A stretch of 64,000 nucleotides of DNA from Alkalispirochaeta sp. (GCA_965242725.1 CBDESZ010000004.1:1-64000), one strand, 5' to 3'. Counted from the first letter of the stretch, positions 1 through 10,661 are shown. The notes: generated by a model from the letters alone, not told the origin. Translations and numbers: made by a program.

Positions 1-702
1 GGTCTCGTTGTTGCAGTCCTTGCAACGGCGACGGGGTGGGGGGCGGTTCGCCTCCTTGCTCAGTCCTCAGGGAGTGATTCCGGGATGATGAGCCGTTCTT
101 CGATGTCCGGCGAGGGGGTCGCGACCCTGGATGTCTCATCATGGCAGGAGAGCGCTCGGCGCGCCTCGTCGGTGGTGAGTTCCTTCCGGGTCGACGGAAG
201 CCGCCTCGTCACCAGGGCTGCGTCATATGATGTGGACCGACGCATCATTCACGGTGTGCGGGACCAGGAGACGACCTTTCCGGTTCGGCTGCCCGAAGCG
301 GAGTGGCGGGACCGCCTCACGCCGACGCAATATGAAATCATTCGGCGTTCCGGAACGGAGCGTCCTTTTTCGAGTCCCCTGGACAAGGTATATGAGAGGG
401 GCATTTACTACTCCCGTGCGACGGGTCAGCCTCTTTTCCATTCGGACGACAAGTTTGATTCCGGTACGGGCTGGCCGAGCTTTACAAAGCCGATAACTCC
501 CGACGCCGTCGCCTATTTTACGGATCTCGGGTTTTTTTCCCGGAATATAGAAGTTGTCGATTCCCTTTCAGGTGCGCATCTGGGACATGTCTTCAACGAC
601 GGTCCGGCACCGACGCGTCAGCGCTACTGCATTAACGGGGAAGCGCTCATTTTTGTGCCGGAAGGGGGAGATCCTCCGGAACTGCTGGTACCCGGGGAGT
701 AG
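1..702 (+). CDS. msrB: Peptide-methionine (R)-S-oxide reductase, 5' end truncated by the window, probable N-terminal signal/anchor
   Basis: GTERPF, KFDSGTGWPSF, HLGHVFNDGP and RYCING motifs; frame is open back to base 1 and encodes hydrophobic GLVVAVLATATGWG. Confidence 0.92.
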   Translation, partial: GLVVAVLATATGWGAVRLLAQSSGSDSGMMSRSSMSGEGVATLDVSSWQESARRASSVVSSFRVDGSRLVTRAASYDVDRRIIHGVRDQETTFPVRLPEAEWRDRLTPTQYEIIRRSGTERPFSSPLDKVYERGIYYSRATGQPLFHSDDKFDSGTGWPSFTKPITPDAVAYFTDLGFFSRNIEVVDSLSGAHLGHVFNDGPAPTRQRYCINGEALIFVPEGGDPPELLVPGE

Positions 703-767
703 AGACAGTATCAATATTTTGCAACAAGATTGTGTATACCTACCGGGAATTCACGGTAGTATAAAGC

Positions 768-3152
768 ATGGTCGGGAAATTGCGGTACATCGGCATCGGG
801 CGGCTAAACTCCCTTTTTCTTCGATTTCTGGCAACATATGTGGTATTGCTCCTCATCCCGTTGATACTCGCCTTCGTGGTAAACGGCGCGGTGCTGCGGC
901 GTTTTCAGGAGACTGTCGAGGAGTCGCGGCTTGGTCTCCTGCGTCAGACACGGGATGTGATAAGTCAGTCGATTGACGACCTTGAGTGGCGGGTCTTTCA
1001 AATTGCCGGAAATCCCCGCCTGAGCCGCCTCATGACGGAGTACGGCAGTACCGGCGACGAGGATTACGGACTCATTCGGGAGCTGGTGACCTATCTCCAC
1101 GGGTACACCCTCTACTCAAGCAACCTGAAAAGCACGTTCTACGTCTATTTGAGGGAGCCCCCGATCATTTTGACGCCCTACGCGATGTATCGGCATGCGG
1201 ATTTCTCCGACGACCGGACGTACCTTCAAATAGAAGGAACGACCCTCGCCGACTGGCATGCCGGCCTCCTCAGCAGGTATTACCGCCGGGGGTTCTTCCC
1301 GGCCCGCCGGGTCACGATTGAAGATTTCACCAACAAACCGATGGTGCCCTACGTCCAGTCGATTCCCGCAGGTACTCCCGTGGATCCTGCGGTGATAGAC
1401 GGTGTCATCGTCTTCTTCATCGGTGAGGAGGAGTTCAGCTCCCTCCTGCGGAACGTCACCCTCCCTTCAGGCGGATGGGCGTATATCACCGGCCGGGAAG
1501 GGCAGGTGATAACGGGGGTCAGAAATGAAGGGAATGAGCGGTTGGCCGCCGATCTCCCCGAGGTGATCCGGCCGGTGGCGATCGATCCCGCGGTCCCGGA
1601 AGGACTCCACCGCGCAACAGTCGATGGTCAGGATGTCTTCGTGGTCCACACCCGCTCTGCAGCGGGCTGGACCTATGTGGCGGTTCTGCCGTCCCGGCCC
1701 ATACTGGCGCCGGTGTACCGACTGCAGCGAATTTCAGTGGTCTCCCTCGCACTCTCGATGCTTATCGCCATGGCCATCGCCTCGGTGGTCTCCTATCGAC
1801 GGGCCCAGCCGCTGCAGCGACTCTTCGCCTCCCTCCGCGATTTCAGCGGCCTGGACCTTCAGGAGAACGCCTCCATCAGCGCCCTGAACAGCGGCGTCCG
1901 CCGCCTCATCGATCAAAGTCGTCATCTCCAGGACGAACTTCGTCGCCAGGAGATTTTTCACCAGCATCTCCTGGTCAGTCGCCTTCTGGAGGGGAGTTTT
2001 CGCAGCTCCAACGAAATACAGTCGTTCATGTCCTACCTGGATATCACCATCAGCGAATCGTGTTACGTCGTGGTGGTCATGAGTCTGGCGGGATTTGAAT
2101 CACTGGACTCGGTGGACATGATCGAACAGCTCAACCACTCAAAGGTTGTCCTCAAAGATCTGGTGAACCAGCACGTCCGGGAGCGGACCTTTATCCACGA
2201 TGGAAATGATGAATCGATCACACTCATTGTTATGACCGACAGGCCCGATTCGGCCATCTTCATAAACGATGTGACCCGTGAACTCGCGGAGACGAGGCGA
2301 TCCTTCGAGCTCGTGTATCATGACCGCCTCCTCATCGGCATCGGAACGGCCCGGACGGAAATCATGGGGATCGCGCCGTCCTTTGAAGAGGCGCGGCGGG
2401 CTCTCGCCCGAAACAAGCGCGCCGGAGGCGGAGAGATCACCGTGTTTTCCGCGGACATGGTGGACACCCGGGGATATTACTTTCCCCTCGATCTTGAGGT
2501 GCGTATCACCAATGCAACCCGGGCGGGAGATGTGGACGCCCTTGATGCGGCGTTCCACGCGCTCTATGAGGAAAATTTCAGAAAACGGGAAGTCCTGGGC
2601 AGCCAGCTGCGCTTTCTCTACCACGAACTCTTCGGCACCTACCAGAAGCTTGTGCACGCGTTGACCGCGGAGGGTGTTGAGCCGCCGGAGGACCCTTCAG
2701 CGTCGCCGATCGTTGCAGGTGAGGGCTCTTTCGATACCCCCGATATCATTGGAAACCTGGAAGAGCAATTTCGGGAAATTGCCCGGACGATGCAGTCCCG
2801 CAAGAGGAGTCACAATCGCACCCTCATGAATCGTATCGTCGAATATATAGACACACATTACAGCGACAATGGACTGGGCCTGTACGTCGTGGCGTCCACC
2901 TTTTCGATAACCGAGTCGTACCTCTCCTTTTTCTTCAAGGAACAGATGGGTGAGAATTTTTCCAGCTACGTTGAAAACGTCCGGATCGGTCGCTCCTGCG
3001 ACCTGCTGCGCACCACGGAAATGTCAATCGCGGAAGTTGCCGCCGCAGTGGGGTACAACAGCGACAAGACCTTTCGTCGGGTCTTCAAAAAGGCAAAAGG
3101 CATCAGTCCCACCGATTTTCGCCGGGAGCTTACCCTTCGTCAGCTTCTGTGA
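768..3152 (+). CDS. Membrane-anchored AraC-family regulator with extracytoplasmic (Cache-like) sensor, YesS-like
   Basis: Two TM segments flank a ~270 aa loop; C-terminal AraC HTH (SESYLS-like helix, FKEQMG, VGYNSDKTFRRVFKK, GISPTDFR). Confidence 0.88.
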   Translation: MVGKLRYIGIGRLNSLFLRFLATYVVLLLIPLILAFVVNGAVLRRFQETVEESRLGLLRQTRDVISQSIDDLEWRVFQIAGNPRLSRLMTEYGSTGDEDYGLIRELVTYLHGYTLYSSNLKSTFYVYLREPPIILTPYAMYRHADFSDDRTYLQIEGTTLADWHAGLLSRYYRRGFFPARRVTIEDFTNKPMVPYVQSIPAGTPVDPAVIDGVIVFFIGEEEFSSLLRNVTLPSGGWAYITGREGQVITGVRNEGNERLAADLPEVIRPVAIDPAVPEGLHRATVDGQDVFVVHTRSAAGWTYVAVLPSRPILAPVYRLQRISVVSLALSMLIAMAIASVVSYRRAQPLQRLFASLRDFSGLDLQENASISALNSGVRRLIDQSRHLQDELRRQEIFHQHLLVSRLLEGSFRSSNEIQSFMSYLDITISESCYVVVVMSLAGFESLDSVDMIEQLNHSKVVLKDLVNQHVRERTFIHDGNDESITLIVMTDRPDSAIFINDVTRELAETRRSFELVYHDRLLIGIGTARTEIMGIAPSFEEARRALARNKRAGGGEITVFSADMVDTRGYYFPLDLEVRITNATRAGDVDALDAAFHALYEENFRKREVLGSQLRFLYHELFGTYQKLVHALTAEGVEPPEDPSASPIVAGEGSFDTPDIIGNLEEQFREIARTMQSRKRSHNRTLMNRIVEYIDTHYSDNGLGLYVVASTFSITESYLSFFFKEQMGENFSSYVENVRIGRSCDLLRTTEMSIAEVAAAVGYNSDKTFRRVFKKAKGISPTDFRRELTLRQLL

Positions 3153-4689
3153 CGCCGTTCAGTTCATCAAGGATGGTCGAGAGGTAGAGGCGTTCCGCCT
3201 CGCGGCGATAGCGCTGAAGCGCTTCATCAAGGGTGAGATTTCCGCTCAAATAGGCGGTGATCGTCTCCGGCTTGAGGCGGTCTTCAATCTCCACAAAATA
3301 TCGATTGAAGGCGTCACTACCCCACCGCTGTTTTTCGTAATAGGGATCAGCCTGAAGGATCTCTATTGACCGGGCGACCAGGGGATCCAGCGCGTCCGGC
3401 AAGGCCCAGTCATTTATGGAGCTGCCGGGAGGGACGTAGGACCGCGTGAACGGCGCCTCATAGGGGTCCTCCGGATTCTCAAGAAAGGCGATCCCGCCGT
3501 CCCTTCGTTCCCAGTGGTATCCTTCGACCCCAAAGGTAAAGAGCATCTGCAGGGGGCCCTTGTCAAACTGGCCGTCAAAGAAGTGCCGGAAGACCACATC
3601 CGGATGGGGTGACGCGGCGGTAATGACGAGCACCGGCGGTACCCGCCTGATGTATTGCACACCCTCCGGTGGCGGGAGGGGAATGATCCGTGCCTGGGGG
3701 ACATCGGCCATTGCGGTCCTGTCCTGGAGGTTGCGGGCCCAGTGGTTCGCCCAGTACGTAAAGATCCCCGCCTGACCGTTAATAAACTTTGTGCGTGCGG
3801 TGAAGGTCGTATTGGTGGCGACGTCGGGGTCGACATAGCCCGCGTCATACCACTCCTTGAGACGACGGAGACCAATACGCGCTTCATCCCTGGTGAGGCC
3901 GTCCACCCACCGTTCAAGGGAGTAATCATAGTACATCTCAATGCGACCGGTACCCAGGGCGAGTCGGTTGTACCAGTCGTGACTGCCTCCCGCCACATCG
4001 GTGTAGCCGAACGTGTCGTCCCGTCCCGTTCTGTTCGGATCGCCGTAGGTGAACGCGTGGAGGACCGCCTCGAGCTCCTCATAGGTTTGAGGAACAGAAA
4101 GGCCGACGTTCTCCAGCCAGTCCATGCGGATATATGTGACACAGCCTCCGCCGTCCCGGGCGGGAACACCATAGAGATTGCCGTCGGGGTGTCGCACACT
4201 TTCCAGATATTCAGGATAGACCGAGGAGATGTAGCGGGCATCGGCAAAAAAGGGGTCCAGAGGAATAACGAGTTCCTCCCGGACGAGGCGGGGGAGGTAC
4301 TCCGGAAGCACCTCGATAATGTCCGGCACGTCGTTTGAGGCGAGCTGAAGAAGGACGCGCTCGGGATAGCTCTGATGGGGAGGCTGGGTGATGCGCAACT
4401 CCACACCGGTCAACCGGTTGTACTCCTCGATAAAGTATCGCTGCCCCTCCCAGTCCTGAACGATATTGTTGAGCATCGCATGGATGTGCGGTGGATCGGT
4501 TGGATCTCTGTTTTCATCGCTTCCACTTCCGGTCCGCTCCCGGGAGGGCTCATTCCGACCCATCCCGTCGCCGCCGGAACAGCCGATGAGGACGGCAAGT
4601 ACAAAGAGAGAGAGAAAGACCAGACCCTTCTTCAAAGTTGAAAAACCGTATTGAGCCGGCATCGCCGTCGACGACCGTTTGTCCGCCAT
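3130..4689 (-). CDS. Extracellular solute-binding lipoprotein (carbohydrate family)
   Basis: Lipobox LIGC; DGNLYGVP, YIRMDWLENVGLSVPQTYEEL and GDPNRTGRDDT motifs; start codon uncertain. Confidence 0.85.
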   Translation of the reverse strand: MADKRSSTAMPAQYGFSTLKKGLVFLSLFVLAVLIGCSGGDGMGRNEPSRERTGSGSDENRDPTDPPHIHAMLNNIVQDWEGQRYFIEEYNRLTGVELRITQPPHQSYPERVLLQLASNDVPDIIEVLPEYLPRLVREELVIPLDPFFADARYISSVYPEYLESVRHPDGNLYGVPARDGGGCVTYIRMDWLENVGLSVPQTYEELEAVLHAFTYGDPNRTGRDDTFGYTDVAGGSHDWYNRLALGTGRIEMYYDYSLERWVDGLTRDEARIGLRRLKEWYDAGYVDPDVATNTTFTARTKFINGQAGIFTYWANHWARNLQDRTAMADVPQARIIPLPPPEGVQYIRRVPPVLVITAASPHPDVVFRHFFDGQFDKGPLQMLFTFGVEGYHWERRDGGIAFLENPEDPYEAPFTRSYVPPGSSINDWALPDALDPLVARSIEILQADPYYEKQRWGSDAFNRYFVEIEDRLKPETITAYLSGNLTLDEALQRYRREAERLYLSTILDELNGVTEADEG

Positions 4690-4873
4690 GCAGATCCAGC
4701 ATAACAGATTTCCGTACACCCCGTGAGTGAATCCAAATATTTGGGCGGTCGTCCAAAGAAATGACCCCGGCGATCAAAGATTTCCGGGGGATACCGTAAA
4801 AAGTGTTCCTTTACGACTTTTCAAAACACCTCGGACAATGAATCAACGCATTGAGAAGCGAGGTACTTGATTT

Positions 4874-5785
4874 GTGAGTGACTATGGACACGCCCTGCCG
4901 CGACGCCGCCTGGGCCGGGAATTGATAAACCATCGGCTCTTCTACCTGTTCCTGCTGCCGGGGGCCCTGCTTCTGGTGACCTTTCACTTCGTGCCCATGT
5001 GGGAACTCCGCATGGCTTTTTACGACTACGGACTCGCCGGCGTGGGTGATTTTGTCGGTCTTGAACACTTTCGTACCGCCCTCGGAGGGCTCGGCTTCCC
5101 GCGGGCGTTTCGAAATACCCTCATTCTGAGTTCCGTCAACATCGTCATTCAAATGACGCTGACGATCATCATTTCGCTGTTGCTCAACGAAGTGACGAAC
5201 ACCTACTTCAAAAAGTTTGTACAGACGGTTATCTATTTGCCCCACTTCCTTTCGTGGGTCGTTGTGGCGTCGCTGTTCATTTTAATGCTCTCCCGGGGAG
5301 GAATGGTAAACGCCGTGGTGGAGGTCTTCGGCGGCGAACCGATTTACTTCCTCGCCTCCCAGTCGTGGTGGCGGCCAGTGTACCTCTCCGCGCTGGCGTG
5401 GCGCGAGGTGGGATGGGGGACGGTGATCTTTCTGGCGGCCCTCGCCGGTATCGATCCGGAACTCTATGAATCTGCAAAGATGGACGGGGCAAACCGGCTG
5501 CAGCAAATGCTCTTCATTACCCTGCCACATCTTTTTCCCGTCATTTCCATCGTGCTCATTATGAACCTTGCCAAGATATTCAACCTCTTTGAATCGGTAA
5601 TGGTTCTCTACAATCCGCTGGTCTATGAAGTGGCCGACGTTCTGCAGACCTATGTCTATCGCGTCGGTATACAGCAGCATCGTTTCGCCTACGCAACGGC
5701 GGTAGGACTGTTCCGATCGGTTATCGCCTTTGTCCTCGTGGTGAGTGCAAACAGGCTGACCCGCCGCATGAGGGAGATAACGTGA
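4874..5785 (+). CDS. Carbohydrate ABC transporter permease (LplB-like)
   Basis: YLPHFLSWVVV, GWGTVIFLAALAGIDPELYESAKMDGA (EAA loop). Confidence 0.92.
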   Translation: MSDYGHALPRRRLGRELINHRLFYLFLLPGALLLVTFHFVPMWELRMAFYDYGLAGVGDFVGLEHFRTALGGLGFPRAFRNTLILSSVNIVIQMTLTIIISLLLNEVTNTYFKKFVQTVIYLPHFLSWVVVASLFILMLSRGGMVNAVVEVFGGEPIYFLASQSWWRPVYLSALAWREVGWGTVIFLAALAGIDPELYESAKMDGANRLQQMLFITLPHLFPVISIVLIMNLAKIFNLFESVMVLYNPLVYEVADVLQTYVYRVGIQQHRFAYATAVGLFRSVIAFVLVVSANRLTRRMREIT

Positions 5786-6699
5786 TGACTTCACAACCCA
5801 TTGTAAAAGGCCGCAGCTACAACGACCGGCGCCGCACGGGTAGGCGAAACGGAAACGGCCGACGCGTTGACCCCTTCACCGTCATAAACAGCGCCTTCCT
5901 GCTGGTTCTGGTGGCGCTGATCTGCATCCCCATCCTGAAGGTGGTCGTTGACTCCTTTGACGGCATCGCCTCGGAGACGGTTTTCCGCCTCATCCCGGGC
6001 CGGATCACCCTGGACGGCTATCGCCATGTGGTGACCCGTCCGACGATCAGCCGGCCACTCATGGTGAGTTTCTACATGACCGCCACGGGACTGCTCGTTG
6101 CCATGGCGGTTACCTCCCTCTACGCCTACGCCCTGGCACAGCCAAGGCTGCCCGGCAAGAAGATCTTCCTCGGTATGGCGCTGATTACGATGGTGTTTCA
6201 ACCGGGGATGATCCCCCTGTTCGTCGTCGTCCGGAATCTGGGCATGATGAACACCGTTCTGCCGGTGATCCTCGTGAAGGCGATAGACGCCTATTACCTC
6301 TTTCTTCTTATGAACTTTTTCAAGACGATCCCCTCAAGCATTACCGACGCCGCCAAAATCGACGGGTGTACTCCCTCGCGTATCTTCTTTCAGATCGTTC
6401 TGCCCCTTTCAAAGCCCGGTCTCGCGGCGATCGGTCTCTTTTACCTCGTCTTTTTCTGGAATCAGTGGTTTGAATACATCCTCTACATTCAGCGGGCGAC
6501 GCATTTGCACAACTTTCAGGTCTTCATGCGGAGCGTTCTCATCGAGTCGGAGACGCAGGGATATGACGGCTACGTCGTCGCCACACAGACCCTCAAGAAC
6601 GCGATCGTCGTCATTTCCATCATTCCGGTGCTGGTGGTGTACCCCTTTGTCCAAAAGCACTTTGTCAAAGGTATCAACCTGGGAGCGGTCAAGGGATGA
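5782..6699 (+). CDS. Carbohydrate ABC transporter permease (LplC-like)
   Basis: IPSSITDAAKIDG, IVLPLSKP and C-terminal YPFVQKHFVKGINLGAVKG. Confidence 0.92.
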   Translation: MMTSQPIVKGRSYNDRRRTGRRNGNGRRVDPFTVINSAFLLVLVALICIPILKVVVDSFDGIASETVFRLIPGRITLDGYRHVVTRPTISRPLMVSFYMTATGLLVAMAVTSLYAYALAQPRLPGKKIFLGMALITMVFQPGMIPLFVVVRNLGMMNTVLPVILVKAIDAYYLFLLMNFFKTIPSSITDAAKIDGCTPSRIFFQIVLPLSKPGLAAIGLFYLVFFWNQWFEYILYIQRATHLHNFQVFMRSVLIESETQGYDGYVVATQTLKNAIVVISIIPVLVVYPFVQKHFVKGINLGAVKG

Positions 6700-6736
6700 C
6701 CTTCCCGGTGAACACAATTCTTACAGGAGGTTCCAT

Positions 6737-8206
6737 ATGATCCGTAATCGAAGAGGGAGACACCTGCTGGTGATTCTCACCATGGCTGTTATCGCCCCGA
6801 TGCTCGTTTATGCCTCGGGAAGTCAGGAAGCCGCTCCGGCACAGGGAGCGCAGCTGGAAGAGATCGACGCATATCTCAATCGCGTGCTCATTGAGGAGGA
6901 CGAACGCCAGGCGGTACTGGACCGGCACTTCGACCTGACGGGAGTTCGCCTGAATGTGGTGATGCCGCCGCACAACCAGTACTCCCAGGTTCTCACCACT
7001 GCAGTGATGGCCGGTGAAATACCGGACCTCATGGAACTGCCTACCAACGACTACCCCGTCTTTGCCTCCCAGGGACTGCTGGTAGCCCTGGACGACTACA
7101 TCGCCGCCAACCCCAATACGGCAAAGATCGATCCCGCCGTCTATGCGGGATATCGTCTCGGCGACGGCAAGCTCTACGGTCTGCCTACGTGGCGCGGCGG
7201 CGGATGCGTCACCTATATCAGGAAGGACTGGCTGGACGAGGTAGGAATGGACATTCCCACCACCTGGGCTGAATACGTCGACATGCTCCGGGCCTTCACC
7301 TTCGATGATCCCGACGGAAACGGCCAGGACGACACGATCGGTCTGACCATGCCCTACCAGACGGGATGGGAGTTCGACTATTACAACCGCTTTATCATGC
7401 AGGATGCCTATCTGGACTTCCAGTACAAGAACGGCCGGTGGTATGACGGATTTACCGAGCCCGAAATGCGCGCAGCCCTCCAACGGTGGATTGATCTCTA
7501 TGAAGAGGGCATTCTTGACCAGGAGTTCTTCACCGACAATACCGGTCGTGCCAGGGCAAAGATCATGGAAGGACGTGCCGGTGTCCTGGAACACTGGGTC
7601 GGTACGTGGGGAAGTCGCCTTCACGCCGGTGCCGCCAACATAGACCCCGACGCCAACCTGGTGGCAATTCCGGCCATTGAGGGTACTCACTATATCGACC
7701 GCATCGGACCGGTCCTCTCAATTTCCGCAACTGCGGACAACCCCAAAGCGATCTTTGACAACGTCATGGGAACGATGTGGGATCAGGGTGAAGGCCAGAT
7801 CCTCTGGACCTACGGCGTGGAAGGAATTCACTGGCAACCCGCTCCGGCAGGATCGGCATTTGAAATTGAAATGCTTCCTCAACCCTCCAATCCCGACCGG
7901 AACATGCAGAAGAGTTTTATCGATCCTCCCCTGGCGCTGAACCTGGCTACCTTCCCCATCAAGGTCCAGCAGGACCCCCGGGACGCCCAGGCGCTGCGCA
8001 TTCACAATGAAGACGCCGTCGGGCTGTCCATTCTCGCCTTTGGAGAGGTCGGACTGCGGAACGTCGGAGAGCTCCGCGACGCCAAGCGGGAAGCCTTTGC
8101 TCAGATCGTTGCCGGACAGGTATCCATCGATGAAGGATTGCGGCAGTACCGTGACGTTGCGCGCCGTCTTCAGGTGGACCAGATTCTCGCGGAATTGAAT
8201 TCATAA
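6737..8206 (+). CDS. Extracellular solute-binding protein of the ABC transporter
   Basis: AGGAGG SD before ATG 6737; signal peptide ending YASGSQE; YIRKDWLDEVGMDIPTTW and DPDGNGQDDT motifs. Confidence 0.9.
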   Translation: MIRNRRGRHLLVILTMAVIAPMLVYASGSQEAAPAQGAQLEEIDAYLNRVLIEEDERQAVLDRHFDLTGVRLNVVMPPHNQYSQVLTTAVMAGEIPDLMELPTNDYPVFASQGLLVALDDYIAANPNTAKIDPAVYAGYRLGDGKLYGLPTWRGGGCVTYIRKDWLDEVGMDIPTTWAEYVDMLRAFTFDDPDGNGQDDTIGLTMPYQTGWEFDYYNRFIMQDAYLDFQYKNGRWYDGFTEPEMRAALQRWIDLYEEGILDQEFFTDNTGRARAKIMEGRAGVLEHWVGTWGSRLHAGAANIDPDANLVAIPAIEGTHYIDRIGPVLSISATADNPKAIFDNVMGTMWDQGEGQILWTYGVEGIHWQPAPAGSAFEIEMLPQPSNPDRNMQKSFIDPPLALNLATFPIKVQQDPRDAQALRIHNEDAVGLSILAFGEVGLRNVGELRDAKREAFAQIVAGQVSIDEGLRQYRDVARRLQVDQILAELNS

Positions 8207-8230
8207 CGGTCAGAGTCGATACGGGGAGGT

Positions 8231-9256
8231 TTGATGCTGTACGGTGCGGTCGTCGGATTCGGCAATATGGGACAGAAATTTGCCCGGCGGATCAACACGC
8301 CGGGCCTCTACAACGCGCGAATCGTCGCCGCCGTCAACCGGGGAGAGCCGAATCTGCGGATCGCCCGTGACGAGTACGGCCTGAAATCCTCCCACCATCT
8401 GGAGGAGGTGGTGGAGGGGCTCGACTTTGTCGTCGTCGCCTCCACCACCGCCGCCCATACGGAACAGGTCATTACCGCCGCCCGGGCGGGGTGCCACGTA
8501 TTCTGTGAAAAGCCGATCGCCCTCACCCTTGAAGATGCGGACCGCATGATTGACGAGGTGAAACGGGCAGGCGTCATTTCGGTAGTGAATTACATAACCC
8601 GCTTCAACCCCGCATACCTCCGTGCCGCGTCTCTGATTGAGGAGGGAACGCTGGGCCGCGTGCTCTCGGTCACCCACGGCCGCATGCGGGGATACGGACT
8701 GTACGCCGCCGGAGCGCGCCACCGGGCGATCGTGGAGGCGGAAGAGTCAGGGGGATGGACGATCCATCACGCCTGCCACGATACCGACCTCCTCGCGTGG
8801 TTGGGCGGACCCATACGGGAGGTGTTCGGATACTCAAACGGAACCGCTGAAGACGGGATGTCCGAGGAGATCGTCAGCGCCCTCGTCCGCTTCCAGTCGG
8901 GGGCACAGGGCGTGGTGGAGGACTCCGTCTGCGGACTCCGCGACCACTACACCCGGGTCATCGGCTCTGCGGGATCACTGGTTATTCATGGCGAGAACGA
9001 GGAAACTTGCTTTCGTCTCCATCGCGAAGGCGGCGCCGAAACAGGAGCCGAAACAGGAGCCGAAACAAGGGACGGCGATGAAATTATTGCGGTGGAGGAC
9101 CGCAAGCGGCCGGGCGGCGGACTCGACCATTTCTTTGAGTGTATCCAATCGGGTGCCTACAGCCCGACCGACCTGAAGAGCGCGCGCCACTCCCTGGCGG
9201 TGGCCCTCGCAATCCGGGAGTCCGCCTGTACGGGTAGGGTCGTTACCGTAACGTGA
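8231..9256 (+). CDS. Gfo/Idh/MocA family oxidoreductase
   Basis: VGFGNMG Rossmann loop, HVFCEKP, NYITRFNP, HACHDTD. Confidence 0.9.
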   Translation: MMLYGAVVGFGNMGQKFARRINTPGLYNARIVAAVNRGEPNLRIARDEYGLKSSHHLEEVVEGLDFVVVASTTAAHTEQVITAARAGCHVFCEKPIALTLEDADRMIDEVKRAGVISVVNYITRFNPAYLRAASLIEEGTLGRVLSVTHGRMRGYGLYAAGARHRAIVEAEESGGWTIHHACHDTDLLAWLGGPIREVFGYSNGTAEDGMSEEIVSALVRFQSGAQGVVEDSVCGLRDHYTRVIGSAGSLVIHGENEETCFRLHREGGAETGAETGAETRDGDEIIAVEDRKRPGGGLDHFFECIQSGAYSPTDLKSARHSLAVALAIRESACTGRVVTVT

Positions 9257-10553
9257 TATTTTCCAGCCGTTCCCCGGAAGTCCACATCATGAAGATATCC
9301 CGTGTCTGTGGCTCCGGCGGACCCTGCGCCATCGCGGCATCCCGGGGCGACGCAACGTCGCCGCGGTCGTGAACGAGTTCAATCACCACATCGTGTATCC
9401 ACAATCCTGTTGCGGGCCGTTCAGGGAGCCCGCAGATGTATCCCGCCGAGGCACGGACGCCCCGGGCGTGGACGCCGCCGATTTCAACGTCGGCGATAGC
9501 CGGTGTCGTCCCGTCGACGGCGCGGTGGGTCGGCGAAAGCAGATCCACCTCTTCCCGTCGAATCCCGCAGCGATAGAACATGTTGATCACGAACGGCGTG
9601 AGGACATCCTCCATTTCCAGGGCGGTAAATCGGAGGCGTCGGATATCTCCGCCCCGCCCGCGGCGCGTCTTAATGCGAATGCCCCTGTCCGTTCCGCGGA
9701 AGAAACAGTTGGAAACTGAAACATCCCTGATACCTCCGGCGGTCTCACTTCCAATGACCACCGCGCCGTGGCCCCGTTCCATGCGGCAGTCGCGGACCTC
9801 GATTCGTTCCGTCGGCGCCGGCGGCGGAGCTCCGTCGCGAGGGACTTCCGAGCCGGCCTTGAGGGCGAGGCAGTCGTCGCCCACATGAAACCGGCACCCA
9901 ATGATGGTCACATCGGAGCTGGACTCGATATCGAGTCCGTCGGTATTCGGCGCTTCCGGAGGGCTCCTGAAGATAACGTTTTCGACGGTAACGCGGGAGC
10001 ACTCGACGATGTGGGTATTCCAGAAGGGAGGATCGATGCAGGTGACGCCTTCGATGCGCACATCGGTACAGGAGAGGAGCTGAAGGAGCGGCGGGCGGAG
10101 AAACTGCAGCTCCCTCCCGCCGCCGCCGGAAGCGCGGGTGGCGAAGTCGGGATTCAATCGCGCCAACTCCCGCTCCCACGGCGTATCCGGCTGCGCCGGT
10201 CCATCCCTCCGGCGGCGGTGCAACTCCCTCCACCACGCCTCGCCGCTGCCGTTGAGAATACCTTCCCCCTCGATCGCGACGTCGGAGAGATTACTGCCGA
10301 ATATGCAGGGATGGAGAGCGTGACACGCCACACCCTCCCATCGCGTCCACACGGGGCGGTATCGTTCAAAGTCCGGCACAAAACGGACCTCGCCGCCCTT
10401 TTCAATGTGAAGGGTGACGTGGTTCCGCAATTCCAACGGATCACTTTCATGAATCCCCGGCGGCACGAGAACGGTGCCGCCGCCGGCGGAGGCGCACGCC
10501 TCAATGGCACTCTGTATGGAGTCTTCGTAGTCGGCGATGGAGTAAACGGTCAT
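9243..10553 (-). CDS. Glycoside hydrolase family 28 (polygalacturonase), no signal peptide
   Basis: GH28 catalytic motifs NTDG, GDD, GHG and RIK are all present. Confidence 0.93.
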   Translation of the reverse strand: MTVYSIADYEDSIQSAIEACASAGGGTVLVPPGIHESDPLELRNHVTLHIEKGGEVRFVPDFERYRPVWTRWEGVACHALHPCIFGSNLSDVAIEGEGILNGSGEAWWRELHRRRRDGPAQPDTPWERELARLNPDFATRASGGGGRELQFLRPPLLQLLSCTDVRIEGVTCIDPPFWNTHIVECSRVTVENVIFRSPPEAPNTDGLDIESSSDVTIIGCRFHVGDDCLALKAGSEVPRDGAPPPAPTERIEVRDCRMERGHGAVVIGSETAGGIRDVSVSNCFFRGTDRGIRIKTRRGRGGDIRRLRFTALEMEDVLTPFVINMFYRCGIRREEVDLLSPTHRAVDGTTPAIADVEIGGVHARGVRASAGYICGLPERPATGLWIHDVVIELVHDRGDVASPRDAAMAQGPPEPQTRDIFMMWTSGERLENITLR

Positions 10554-10661
10554 GGCCAACTATAGCTCGCCTTTTCCGGGTCGGCCAGTGCCGGTATATA
10601 GAAACGTGGTATTCCGGCTCCCTTGTCGAACAAAAAGTGGTGTGAAATACTCAACAATATC

